In this document: positions 51,129 through 60,286 of the stretch, in pieces
Position numbering within the stretch: position 1 is the first letter of the stretch
How the letters are laid out: every line of letters begins with the position of its first letter
DNA from: an uncultured Acidobacteriota bacterium
Lineage (GTDB): Bacteria > Acidobacteriota > Vicinamibacteria > Fen-336
DNA: 64,000 nucleotides
Direction: 5' to 3'
Assembly (NCBI GenBank): GCA_963697835.1
Contig: CAVOPG010000001.1
Coordinates: 646,803 to 710,802, forward strand
Position numbers and translations under genes: made by a program
The notes under the pieces: generated by a model
Databases searched by the model: none
The model's input: only the letters and a program-made list of their open reading frames with translations
Told to the model about the DNA's origin: nothing

Positions 51129-52088
51129 GTGCGCTGCCCATTCCTCCGCGAGGAGCAGGTGAAGTCCTGCCAGGCCGCGCCCTTCCGCAACAGCCTGGCC
51201 CGCTCCGCCGCCACCGGCGAGGGCGAGCGCTGCACGTCGCCTGGGCACGCGAGCTGCCCGGTGGCGCCCCACAGCCGCGAGGCGCACCCGGACGCCTCGC
51301 GCTGCCCGTTCCTGCGGGAGTCGCTCGTCCAGTTCTGCGCCGCCTCCCCGCGGGCGTCCTACGTGCCGTGGAGCGAGTCAGAGGACCTGCGCTGCGCGCA
51401 CGACGGCCACCGCTTCTGCGCGCTGTTCCTCGCCGCGGCCGGCGCCGCCGCGCGCGGGCCCGCCCTGCCCGCCCCCGACTACCCGGAGGAGGCGGAGACG
51501 GCAGACGTCGAAGGCATCCCGGTGCCGGGGTGGCTCTTCTACGCCGACAACCACATGTGGCTCGACCAGGGCGACGACGGCCTCTGCCACGTCGGGGTGG
51601 ACGCCTTCCTGGCGCGGCTCGTCGGCAAGGTGGAGCGGCTCACGTTCCTCACCGTGAAGGGCGACGTCCGGCCCGCGGTCGTGCTCACGGTGCGCGGGGT
51701 GGACCTCACCCTCGTCTTCGCGCGGCCCCTGCCGCTCGTCGCCGCCAACACGCGGCTGCGCTCCGGCCTCGAAAGCCTGACCGCCGACCCGTACGGCCTC
51801 GGCTGGCTCTTCACCGCGCGGTGGGACGAAGGTCGCCGCCGGCGGCCCGAGCCGCCGCTCACCGCCGGCCTGCGCTGCGGCCGCGCGGCGCGCCAGTGGA
51901 TGGCGTCCGAGGTCCGCCGCCTGAGCACCGCCGTCCACGAGCGCTTCCTGCCCCGCCAGCCCGGGATGGCGCTTCCCGCCGACGGCGGCGACCCGGCCCC
52001 CGGCTTCCTGAATCACCTCGAGCACGAGGACGTGCTGCAGCTCTTCGCCGCGTTCTTTCCCCTCCCCGACGCCCGGAGGACCACATGA
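51129..52088 (+). CDS. Soluble Cys-rich protein with duplicated RCPFLRE 4-Cys module and GcvH-fold domain lacking the lipoyl lysine
   Basis: GTG at 51129. RCPFLREEQVKSC...C.......C is repeated as RCPFLRESLVQFC...C......C. GcvH-like core: YADNHMWLDQGDDGLCHVGVDAFLARLVGKVERL...ADPYGLGWLF, with TVRGVD where GcvH has the E-x-V-K lipoyl site. Confidence 0.7.
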   Translation: MRCPFLREEQVKSCQAAPFRNSLARSAATGEGERCTSPGHASCPVAPHSREAHPDASRCPFLRESLVQFCAASPRASYVPWSESEDLRCAHDGHRFCALFLAAAGAAARGPALPAPDYPEEAETADVEGIPVPGWLFYADNHMWLDQGDDGLCHVGVDAFLARLVGKVERLTFLTVKGDVRPAVVLTVRGVDLTLVFARPLPLVAANTRLRSGLESLTADPYGLGWLFTARWDEGRRRRPEPPLTAGLRCGRAARQWMASEVRRLSTAVHERFLPRQPGMALPADGGDPAPGFLNHLEHEDVLQLFAAFFPLPDARRTT

Positions 52089-52630
52089 ACCGCCGCACTC
52101 TCCTCTTCTTCTCGGCCGGCCTCGCCCTCGCCCTCGTCCTGGGCTGGGTGGGCTTCCCCCGACTCCTCTACGCGCGGGCCGAGCAGCCGCTCCGCTTCGA
52201 CCACAAGCTCCACACCTCGGACAAGACCGGCTTCTCCTGCGCCGACTGCCACCCGATCGGCGAGAGCGGCCGCTTCGCGGGCATCCCGAGGATCGACAAC
52301 TGCGCGGGCTGCCACGCGGAGCCGCAGGGATCGTCGGCCGACGAGAAGCGCCTCGTCGAGGAGTTCGTCAAGCCGGGGCGCGAGATCCCGTGGCTCGTCT
52401 ACGCGCGGCAGCCCGAGAACGTGCGCTTCCCCCACGCGATCCACGTGAGGCGCGCCGGGATAGCGTGCGAGCGCTGCCACGGTCCGCACGGGGCGAGCGA
52501 GAGGCTGCCTTCCCACGAGACGAACCGCATCAGCGGCTACAGCCGGGACCTCTGGAAGATGAGCGACTGCGAGAGCTGCCACGCCGAGAGCCACCGCGGG
52601 CGGACGGCCTGCCTCGCCTGCCACAAGTAG
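52085..52630 (+). CDS. Membrane-anchored pentahaem cytochrome c, ActA-like
   Basis: ATGA overlap with the previous gene. N-terminal TM. Five CxxCH motifs (CADCH, CAGCH, CERCH, CESCH, CLACH) in the ActA-like spacing F.H..H...C..CH...AGIP....C.GCH...IPW......V.F.H..H. Confidence 0.88.
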   Translation: MNRRTLLFFSAGLALALVLGWVGFPRLLYARAEQPLRFDHKLHTSDKTGFSCADCHPIGESGRFAGIPRIDNCAGCHAEPQGSSADEKRLVEEFVKPGREIPWLVYARQPENVRFPHAIHVRRAGIACERCHGPHGASERLPSHETNRISGYSRDLWKMSDCESCHAESHRGRTACLACHK

Positions 52631-52640
52631 GAGCGACTCC

Positions 52641-54726
52641 ATGCCCTTCACCCGACGCGACATTCTCTGGGGCCTGGGGGGAGGGCTCGCCGGCGCCGCC
52701 CTCACCCCGGTCCCGTGGAAGCTCCTCGACGACACCGCCATCTGGACGCAGCGCCGCCACAAGCTGCCGGTTCCCCCGCGCGGCGAGGTCGCGTTCCACC
52801 CCGCCGCCTGCACGCTCTGCCCGGCCGGCTGCGCGCTGCGCGTGCGCTCGGTCGGAGCGCGGCCGGTGGCGGTGACCGGTGAGGCGAAGCACCCGCTCGC
52901 CGGCGGGGCGTGCGCCCTCGGCCTGACGCTCCACCACCTGGCCTACCACCCGTTGCGACTGACGGGGCCCGCCGTCCGGGAAAGCGGCCGGAAGCAGGAC
53001 GTCGCGCTCGACGAGGCGGTCGGCCGGATCGCGGCCGCCGCCGAGAGGGCGCAGAAAGCCGGCCGGCTGGTCATGGTCCTCGACCGGCGGCCGGGGCGTG
53101 TCGTCTCAACCGCCTGGCAGGAGCTCCTGGCGGCGCTCGCGCACGGCCTCTACGTGACGCGCTCCGGAGAAGGAGAGACGCTGGCCGTCCTGCAAACGGC
53201 ACTCCAGCCGCCGACACCCCTCGGCATCGACCTCGAGCGAACGCGAACGCTCGTGAGCTTCGGCACACCGGTGCTCGAGGGCTGGGGACGGCCGGGTCGC
53301 ATGCTGGCCGTGCGCCCGCGGCTGCACGTCGTGCAGATCGACGCGTGGCGCTCGCCCTCGGCGGTCCTCGCCGACTAGTGGGTCGAGATCGCGCCGGGCG
53401 GCGAAGGGCCGCTCGCCCTCGCCCTGGCGCACGTCATCGTGCGCGAGGAGCCGGCGCGGGCCGGCCAGGACGTGCAGGCGCTGCTGGCCGACTTCTCGCC
53501 TGTCCGCGTCGCCGAGCGCACCGGAATCGCGCCGGGTCGGATCGAGTCGCTCGCCCGCGCTCTCCGCGAGCGGGCCCCGGCCGTGGCGATCGGCGGCGGC
53601 GACCCCGGCGCCGGACCCCTGCCTCCGGACGCCGAGCGAGCGATCGCGCTCCTGAACGTGGTCCTCGGCAACGTCGGCCGCGAGGGTGGGTTCGTGCCGC
53701 GCCGCCCGCTGCCCGAAGACCGGACCGGCGTCGCCGGTGCGACCTTCGCCGCTCTCGAGGACGTGCCCGCCGGCTCGGTGGGCGTCCTGCTCCTCGACGG
53801 CGCCGACGACGGCCGCGCCCTGCCGTGGCCGCTCCTCCGCCGCGTGCTCGCGAAGGACGCGCTCGTCGTCAGCCTGTCCCCGTTCGACGTGCGGGCTCGC
53901 CGGCGAGGCCGTCTCTCCTCGTTCCCGCGCCCGGCGCCGCTCGAGGCCTGGGACGAGGTGCTGCCCACGGCCGACGCGTCCGCCGCCAGCTACGCCGTCG
54001 TGGCACCGGTGCTGTCCCGCGCCGGCGGGAGCGACCGACAGCGTGACGCTCGCCCAGCGCTTGGCCGCAGCGCTCGGCGTCGAGATCGGCAAGGCGACGC
54101 ACGAGGAGCGGCTGCGGGGGCGCGTCGCCGCGATCCACGCGGCGCACCGCGGCCGGCTCGTCGCGCGCCAGGCGGGCGGGTACGCCGACGAGACGCCCGC
54201 CGACGCCAGCGCGATGTGGACGACACTCGTCGCCGGCGGCTGCTGGATCGACGAGCCGCAAGGTGCGACGCTCGTGGACGTCCGGTCGCCGCTGCCGTCG
54301 CTCGCCTCGCTCGAGGGCTGGATGAAACCCGCGGCGGGGGAGCCCGGACAGGTAGGCCTCGTGGCCTTCGCCGCGCGCGGCACGGCGGGCACGACGCCGG
54401 TTTCGCCGCTGCTCACGAAGCTCTACCAGGAGTCGGACCTGCGGCCCGTCGGCCGCGACGGCGGCGATGAGCCCGAAGACGGCCGAGCGCCTGGGCCTCG
54501 CCGACCGCCAGCCGGTCCGGATCGAGAGCGCGGCCGGCGCCGTCCGCGCCGAGCTGCGGATCGATCCGACTGCTCCCGCCGGAGAGGATCGCGCTCGCCG
54601 CCGGGCCCGACCCGGCCGCTCTGCACCCGGAGACGAGCACGAAAGCCAAAGGAGCCGTGCCCCTGGCGGTGAGCCGCGGCCGACGGCACCTGGCGAGAGA
54701 CCCGCGTCCGGGTCCGGGAGGCCTGA
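52641..54726 (+). pseudogene. Tat-exported MopB-family (molybdopterin oxidoreductase-like) subunit, interrupted by an in-frame TAG and at least 4 frame breaks
   Basis: Twin-arginine signal MPFTRRDILWGLGG. Intact C-x2-C-x3-C-x26-C motif (CTLCPAGC...C). In-frame TAG at 53376-53378 inside AD*WVEIAPG. Breaks near 54018, 54448, 54572 and 54672. Corrected C-terminus ...DGTWRETRVRVREA, stop at 54724-54726. Confidence 0.75.
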
Positions 54727-54729
54727 GCC

Positions 54730-55491
54730 ATGAACGCCCCCAAGACCGCAGGCGGCGCGCGCTACGGGATGGTCGTCGACCTCGACAAGTGCAACGGCTG
54801 CGGCGCGTGCGCGGTGGCCTGCGCCGTCGAGAACAACGTGCCGCCCGCGGCCGAGCGCGCGAACGACCGCAACGGCATCACCTGGATGCGCGTCCACCGG
54901 GTGGAAGCGCCCGGCGAGGCTCGCGCCGCCTTCGTCCCCATGATGTGCCAGCAGTGCGGCGACAAGACGCCGTGCGCGTCGGTCTGCCCGCAGAACGCGG
55001 TCGAGGTGGATCCCGCCTCGGGCATCGTCGGCCAGGTTCCGGTGCGCTGCCTCGGCTGCCGCTACTGCATGGCCGCCTGCCCGTACCACGCGCGGTCCTT
55101 CAACTGGTGGGACCCCGACTGGCCGGGCCGGCTGACGGAGACGCTCAACCCCGAGGTCTCGACCCGCACGCGCGGCGTCGTCGAGAAGTGCACGTTCTGC
55201 AGCCACCGGCTGCAGGCCGCCCAGGACGCGCAGGCCGCGGCGGGCGGCGAGACGAAGCCGCCCGAGTACACGCCGGCCTGCGTCGAGGCCTGCCCGGCCG
55301 GCGCGATCGTCTTCGGCAATCTCGACGATCCGGAGAGCGAGGCGGCACGCCTCGCGCGCGCTCCCGGCTCCTTCCGCCTCCTCGAGCGGCTGGGGACGGG
55401 GGCGAAGGTCTACTACCGCACCGAGCGCGACTGGGTGCGGCGCCTCGCCGACGGCGGCACCGCGGCCGGCGACGGGAGGACCCATGGATGA
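54730..55491 (+). CDS. 4Fe-4S dicluster subunit (PsrB/NrfC/ActB2/QrcC-like)
   Basis: YGMVVDLDKCNGCGACAVAC, MCQQCGDKTPCASVCP, CLGCRYCMAACP, KCTFCSHR, CVEACPAGA. Confidence 0.93.
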   Translation: MNAPKTAGGARYGMVVDLDKCNGCGACAVACAVENNVPPAAERANDRNGITWMRVHRVEAPGEARAAFVPMMCQQCGDKTPCASVCPQNAVEVDPASGIVGQVPVRCLGCRYCMAACPYHARSFNWWDPDWPGRLTETLNPEVSTRTRGVVEKCTFCSHRLQAAQDAQAAAGGETKPPEYTPACVEACPAGAIVFGNLDDPESEAARLARAPGSFRLLERLGTGAKVYYRTERDWVRRLADGGTAAGDGRTHG

Positions 55492-56728
55492 ACGACTCGT
55501 ACCGCGCGCGGCCTCGTCCCGCGCGCCCTTCTCCCGCTTCCTGCTCTGGCTCGTGCCGTGGGTGGCTCTCCTCGGCGTCGGGCTCTACGCCGCGTACCTC
55601 TGCCTCGCGCTCGGCCTCAACCAGACGAACATGGACAACCGCTTCGCGTTCGGTCTCTGGATCTACCTGGACCTGACGGTCATCGCGCTCGGGGCGGGGG
55701 CCTTCTTCACCGGCTTCCTCCTCTACGTGATGAAGAAGCGCGAGCTCAAGGCCGTCATCAACAGCGCGGTCGTGATCGGCTTCATCTGCTACTCGGGGGC
55801 GGTCGCGATCCTGGCGATCGACGTCGGCCAGCCCCTGCGGTTCTGGTTCACGTTCTGGCACCCGAACGTCCACTCGATGCTGACCGAGGTCACGTTCTGC
55901 CTGACCTGCTACCTGACGGTGCTGGCGATCGAGTACCTGCCCCTCGTCCTCAAGAACCGCCAGCTCCGGAAGCGCCCCTCGATGCTCGTCTTCGAGTTCG
56001 AGCTGCACAAGGTGATGGCCGTCTTCGCTCTCGTGGGGACGTTCCTCTCGTTCTTCCACCAGGGCTCGCTGGGCGGGCTCTACGGCGTACTCCAGGGACG
56101 GCCCTTCGCCTTCCGCGAGTCGCTCGCCGCCTGGCCCTCGACCTTCTTCCTCTTCATCCTCTCCGCCGCCGCGGTGGGGCCGAGCTTCGTCCTCGCCACC
56201 ACCTGGATCGTCTCGAAGGTCTCGGGGCGGCCGCTCGTCAAGCCAGAGGTCTTCGACCTCCTCGCCCGCGTCTCCGGGTCGCTTCTCGTCGTCTACGTCC
56301 TCGCCAAGACCGTGGACACGCTCGTCTGGATCAACCACACCTCGTTCCAGCTCGGCGTCCACCCGGCGCGCTTCTACGCCTTCTCTCCCTTCGGGACCTG
56401 GGCCCTCTTCACCGAGATCGTCCTCCTCGGCCTCGTCCCCGCTCTCCTCCTCGCCCTGCCGCGCACGAGGCGCGACCCGCGCTTCCTCGTCCCGGCGGCC
56501 TTCATGGCGTGCGCGGGCGTCGCCATGAACCGCTTCGTGATGACCGTGCAGACGCTGGCTCTGCCCACCCTCGCCTTCGACCGCTTCTTGTCCTACACCC
56601 CGAGCTGGCAGGAGGTGGCGAGCTTCCTCGCGGTGGTCGCCTACGGCGTCATCCTCTATTCCCTCTCCTTCCGCTACCTCAACCTCTTCCCGCAGGAGAG
56701 GGAGCTCTCCGCCGCCCCGGAGGTCTGA
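55484..56728 (+). CDS. NrfD/PsrC-family integral membrane quinone-interacting subunit (ActC/QrcD-like)
   Basis: 414 aa, about 10 TM helices. Typical N-terminal pattern FGLWIYLDLTVIALGAGAF. Overlaps the FeS gene by 8 nt. Confidence 0.88.
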   Translation: MDERLVPRAASSRAPFSRFLLWLVPWVALLGVGLYAAYLCLALGLNQTNMDNRFAFGLWIYLDLTVIALGAGAFFTGFLLYVMKKRELKAVINSAVVIGFICYSGAVAILAIDVGQPLRFWFTFWHPNVHSMLTEVTFCLTCYLTVLAIEYLPLVLKNRQLRKRPSMLVFEFELHKVMAVFALVGTFLSFFHQGSLGGLYGVLQGRPFAFRESLAAWPSTFFLFILSAAAVGPSFVLATTWIVSKVSGRPLVKPEVFDLLARVSGSLLVVYVLAKTVDTLVWINHTSFQLGVHPARFYAFSPFGTWALFTEIVLLGLVPALLLALPRTRRDPRFLVPAAFMACAGVAMNRFVMTVQTLALPTLAFDRFLSYTPSWQEVASFLAVVAYGVILYSLSFRYLNLFPQERELSAAPEV

Positions 56729-56729
56729 C

Positions 56730-57555
56730 ATGTTCCCCTGGTCACCCGAGTTCGTCTGGGACGCCACGCACGTCGCCTTCTTCGGGGCTCTCTACTCCGT
56801 CCTCGCCACGGTCGCGGGAAGCCTGGCCCTCGCCGCGTGGCGCGCCCGGCGCGACACCCGCCAGGACCGGGCCGCCGCGATCGCCTGGCACGGCGACTTC
56901 GACGAGCTGCCCCGCGTCCGCTCGCGCCTGCCGGCACCAGCTCACCGGCGAGGCCCCGGACCGCGCGTGCGAAGACGGCTTCGACTGCCGGCACTGCGCC
57001 GGGCACCCGCGCTTCGAAGAGCTTCGACACGAAGCGCCGGCAGCACCGCTCGCCGACCACTTCGGCTTCGACCTGCCCCTCGACCGTCTCTACCACCGAG
57101 GGCACACGTGGGTGCGGCCGGAGTCGGACGGCACCCTCACGGTCGGCCTCGACGACTTCGCCCGCCGGCTCGTAGGCACGCCCGAGCGGCTGGAGCTGCC
57201 GGCGCCCGGCACCCGGCTCGAGGTGAACGGCCCCGCCGGCCACCTCACCACCCACGGCAACGAGGTGCGCATCCTCTCTCCCGTGGACGGCGACGTCATC
57301 GAAGCGCACTCCGACGGCGCCGGCTTCACTCTGCGCGTCGATCCGGGCGGCATCACCGACCTCCGGCATCTCCTCAGCGGGGGCGAAGCGCGTGCCTGGG
57401 CTATCCGTGAGCTGGAGCGACTGCAGCGGGCCCTCGGCCCGGGCGAGCTGGGCGCAGCCCTCGCCGACGGCGGCGAGCTCGTGGCCGACGTGGGCGCCGC
57501 CCTGCCCCGCGACCGCTACGACGCCCTTCTCGGCGACATGCTGCTCGAGCCGTAG
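56730..57555 (+). CDS. Membrane-anchored Cys-rich GcvH-fold protein, paralogue of 51129..52088 (frame break near ~56925)
   Basis: One nt after the NrfD stop. TM: VAFFGALYSVLATVAGSLALAAW. Cys cluster: CRHQLTGEAPDRACEDGFDCRHC. GcvH-like core: YHRGHTWVRPESDGTLTVGLDDFARRLVGTPERL...ILSPVDGDVIE, with no Lys at the lipoyl position. Its helical tail resembles that of the first paralogue. Confidence 0.7.
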
Positions 57556-57571
57556 GGGTGCCGGGCAGCAG

Positions 57572-57979
57572 TCACCCCCCGGCGCGGTCGACGCGGAGCG
57601 TCGCCTCGTAGTCCGAAGGCTGGATCGGCCGGCTGACGTAAGGGTAGGGGTCGAGCCGAACGAGGGTGAGAGCCCAGTCACCCACCCTCCCCTGCTGGCC
57701 CTCGCCTGGCTGCGTGTGCAAGGAGAGCCCCTCCGCCGCCCGTCCGCCTTGCGCCACGGAGAAGACGGCCACCGCGTCGCCCATCGTAACGCACACCGCG
57801 TCCGCCGGACAGCGCGAGTCGCTGGCGACACTCTCGAAGCGCAGGCCAAGGCCCGTTCCCTGGATGGAGACGGATCCGCCCGCCCGAACCTGGAACTCCC
57901 GTCCGGTCGACACGACCGGGCCGGCCGGGTTCCCGGCGCAGCCGGTCGTCAGCAGCACGGCAATGAGAACTCGCGGCAT
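57572..57979 (-). CDS. Hypothetical lipoprotein (135 aa)
   Basis: ATG at 57979 behind GGAG. Lipobox in MPRVLIAVLLTTGC. The ORF-track start at 58141 is unlikely. Confidence 0.6.
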   Translation of the reverse strand: MPRVLIAVLLTTGCAGNPAGPVVSTGREFQVRAGGSVSIQGTGLGLRFESVASDSRCPADAVCVTMGDAVAVFSVAQGGRAAEGLSLHTQPGEGQQGRVGDWALTLVRLDPYPYVSRPIQPSDYEATLRVDRAGG

Positions 57980-58034
57980 CGATCGTCTCCGCGCCCTGGC
58001 GCCTCCCGTATGGCTTTGCTCTAATAGGGAGTCT

Positions 58035-58556
58035 ATGACACCCGACCAGGCAACGCTCATTCTCAAATCCATAGGCCTGCCTTCGTTGCACGCCGAGTAC
58101 CCTGTGACCAGGAGCGTCATCGCCGCGATTCCCGCGGACAAGGTCGACTATCGTCCAGATTCGACCGCGCGCAGCGCCATCGATCTTGCCTGGCACATCG
58201 TCATGGCCGAGAACCGCTTCCTCGAAGCCGTCTTGTCTGGCGTGTTCGATCTGACGCCGCGGCCTCGGCCGGACACGGTCCGGTCGCCGGCGGACGTCAA
58301 CGCGTGGTACGAAGAACGGTTTGCCCGGAACGTCGAGCGACTGAAGGGCGTGTCAGGCGAGCAGCTCCTGAAGACGATCGATTTCCGCGGCCTGCTTCAA
58401 TTCCCCGCGGTCATCTACGTACAGATCGCCCTGAATCACTCCGTCCATCATCGCGGGCAGCTCTCGATGTACCTGCGGCCGATGGGCGCGAAGGTGCCGT
58501 CGATCTACGGCGAGAGCTACGACGCGCGCGTGGCGCGCGAGGCGACTCGGCCCTGA
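58035..58556 (+). CDS. DinB-family protein
   Basis: AGGGAG plus ATG at 58035. Four-helix DinB pattern with AWHIV....F and NHSVHHRGQLSMYLR. Confidence 0.85.
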   Translation: MTPDQATLILKSIGLPSLHAEYPVTRSVIAAIPADKVDYRPDSTARSAIDLAWHIVMAENRFLEAVLSGVFDLTPRPRPDTVRSPADVNAWYEERFARNVERLKGVSGEQLLKTIDFRGLLQFPAVIYVQIALNHSVHHRGQLSMYLRPMGAKVPSIYGESYDARVAREATRP

Positions 58557-58606
58557 AGGATCTCCCGCTGGCCGAGGATACGGATACTCTGGGGGGAGGG
58601 GCGAGC

Positions 58607-59092
58607 ATGAATCCGTACCGCGATCGCATACTGGGTCTCCTGGGCGCTCGGCCGGCAGTGGAGAGCCTGGAGGCGACGCCGGCGAAGATCGAGGCGCTCG
58701 TCGCTCGCATCGGGCGCGACGGGATGTCGCGTGCGTACGCTCCCGGCAAGTGGACGGCCCGCCAGATCTTCGCGCACCTGGCCGATGCGGAGATCGCCAC
58801 CGGCTTCCGCCTGCGCCAGGCGCTGGCCGAGAACGAGCACGTGATCCAGCCCTTCGACCAGGACCTCTGGGCCAGGCGCTACGAGGCTCTGGACGGCGAG
58901 GCGGCGGCGCGGGCCTTCTGCGCGCTGCGCCCGTGGAACCTGGCCCTCGTGCGCACGTTCACGCCCCAGGATCTGGCTCGCCCGGTGATGCACCCGGAGC
59001 GAGGGATGGAATCCGTCGAGATCCTCGTGAAGATGCTCGCCGGACACGACCTGAACCACCTCGCGGAGCTCGAGCAGATCGCCGCGCAGTGA
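58607..59092 (+). CDS. DinB-family protein (second, divergent)
   Basis: ATG at 58607 behind a G-rich SD. Motifs KWTARQIFAHLADAE and LAGHDLNHLAELEQI. Confidence 0.85.
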   Translation: MNPYRDRILGLLGARPAVESLEATPAKIEALVARIGRDGMSRAYAPGKWTARQIFAHLADAEIATGFRLRQALAENEHVIQPFDQDLWARRYEALDGEAAARAFCALRPWNLALVRTFTPQDLARPVMHPERGMESVEILVKMLAGHDLNHLAELEQIAAQ

Positions 59093-59105
59093 GGCCGGGG
59101 GCGGC

Positions 59106-59486
59106 CTACTTTGCCGCCTCCACCCACGAGTCGAACACCCGGACCTTCTTCCAGTTCGACTGCTGCTCCTCGATGAACTGCTTGTGCCGTGGGTGCTCCT
59201 GGTACTTGTCGTGGGCCGCCCGGTCCTTGAAGTAGACGTGGAGAGCCACGTCGAAGTCGCGGTCGTTGACCGGTCGATCCAGCTCGGCCGCCAACGTTCC
59301 CGCCGAGAAGTAGACGGTCCCCTCGTGTCCGGTGAGGTACTCCTGGCACGCGGCGACGAGCTTCGCCCGGGCCTCTAGTGAGCCGTCATTCAGCTTGAAG
59401 TACACGTCGTGCGCCAGGATGCCCTGGGCCCGGGCGGGCAGGGCGGCCGCGGCGCACAGCATCAAGACGGCGAGAGTCCGAACCAC
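59106..59486 (-). CDS. Secreted Dabb (stress-responsive alpha/beta barrel) protein
   Basis: Signal peptide MVRTLAVLMLCAAAALPARA. Motifs HDVYFKL and VALHVYFKDRAAHDKYQEHPRH. Confidence 0.8.
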   Translation of the reverse strand: MVRTLAVLMLCAAAALPARAQGILAHDVYFKLNDGSLEARAKLVAACQEYLTGHEGTVYFSAGTLAAELDRPVNDRDFDVALHVYFKDRAAHDKYQEHPRHKQFIEEQQSNWKKVRVFDSWVEAAK

Positions 59487-59557
59487 GATGGCACCTCCTG
59501 CGGAGGGCCATCATACGCGAACCGGTGTCAGGGCGCGGCGCGAACTCGCGAACGCGC

Positions 59558-59935
59558 CTACCGCGTGGTCACCCTGGTGTCGCCCGGCCCGGACACGACC
59601 CTGAACGCCGCCTGGCTGCGTGCGTAAGCGTTTCGATCGATGACCTTCACCTCGTCGGCGGCCTGACCCGTGAGCCCCAGCGGGTGATAGGTCACGCTCA
59701 CGTGCGCGCCCTTCCGGAGACCGTCCGGCAGCGAGCTCGCCGATCCGACTTCGAATGGCATCCGATGACCGTGGTCGTCGGTGCGGATGATCAGCATCCC
59801 GGTGTCCGAGGACACGACCGTGCCCGGGATCGTAATCTGGTGCGACTGGTCGACGGCCGCGGCCGTCTGATTCGAACCCGGGCCGGCGAGCGCGAGGGCC
59901 ACGATCGCTGCCGATGCGAGAGCGTGCATCTTCAT
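59558..59935 (-). CDS. Secreted hypothetical protein (125 aa)
   Basis: AAGGAGA plus ATG at 59935. Signal peptide MKMHALASAAIVALALAG. No recognised family. Confidence 0.55.
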   Translation of the reverse strand: MKMHALASAAIVALALAGPGSNQTAAAVDQSHQITIPGTVVSSDTGMLIIRTDDHGHRMPFEVGSASSLPDGLRKGAHVSVTYHPLGLTGQAADEVKVIDRNAYARSQAAFRVVSGPGDTRVTTR

Positions 59936-60286
59936 CGCGTTTCTCCTTTGCCGGCACTGCCACGAGACCCACACGACGCGAGCCGCGGACTCGACGCGGC
60001 GCTGCTGCGGGCCCGTTCGTTTCCGGCGACAGAAGCTGGCAATGTCTTTCTGCAACGAATGTGCCCACCGGCCGGGGTAGGCGCCGCGATCGTCCAGCTC
60101 GAGCGGGCTCAGGGAGTTGCCATGGCGCGGGCGCTTTGTGAGACGGGGAGGGTCTTCGGTCAAGTCTACAAACTGCAGGGGGGTGCGCCGCCGAGCGCCG
60201 GAGAGGCAGTCTTGGCCAGGCGGGTCTCGCGGGTGTCTACTCGTTGAAGCGCGTCGAGCCGAGATCGCCCGGGGGTCTCTTCGTTC

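Noticed and set aside
53376-53378. The in-frame TAG in the MopB-like gene as pyrrolysine or programmed read-through.
   Set aside because: There are no pyl genes and no recoding context in the window. The same gene also has several frame breaks, so mutation or base-calling error is the simpler explanation.
59861-59885. GGGTTCGAATC on the minus strand, resembling a tRNA T-arm.
   Set aside because: The flanks do not form a T stem, acceptor stem or anticodon arm. The site lies inside the reading frame of the secreted protein at 59558..59935.
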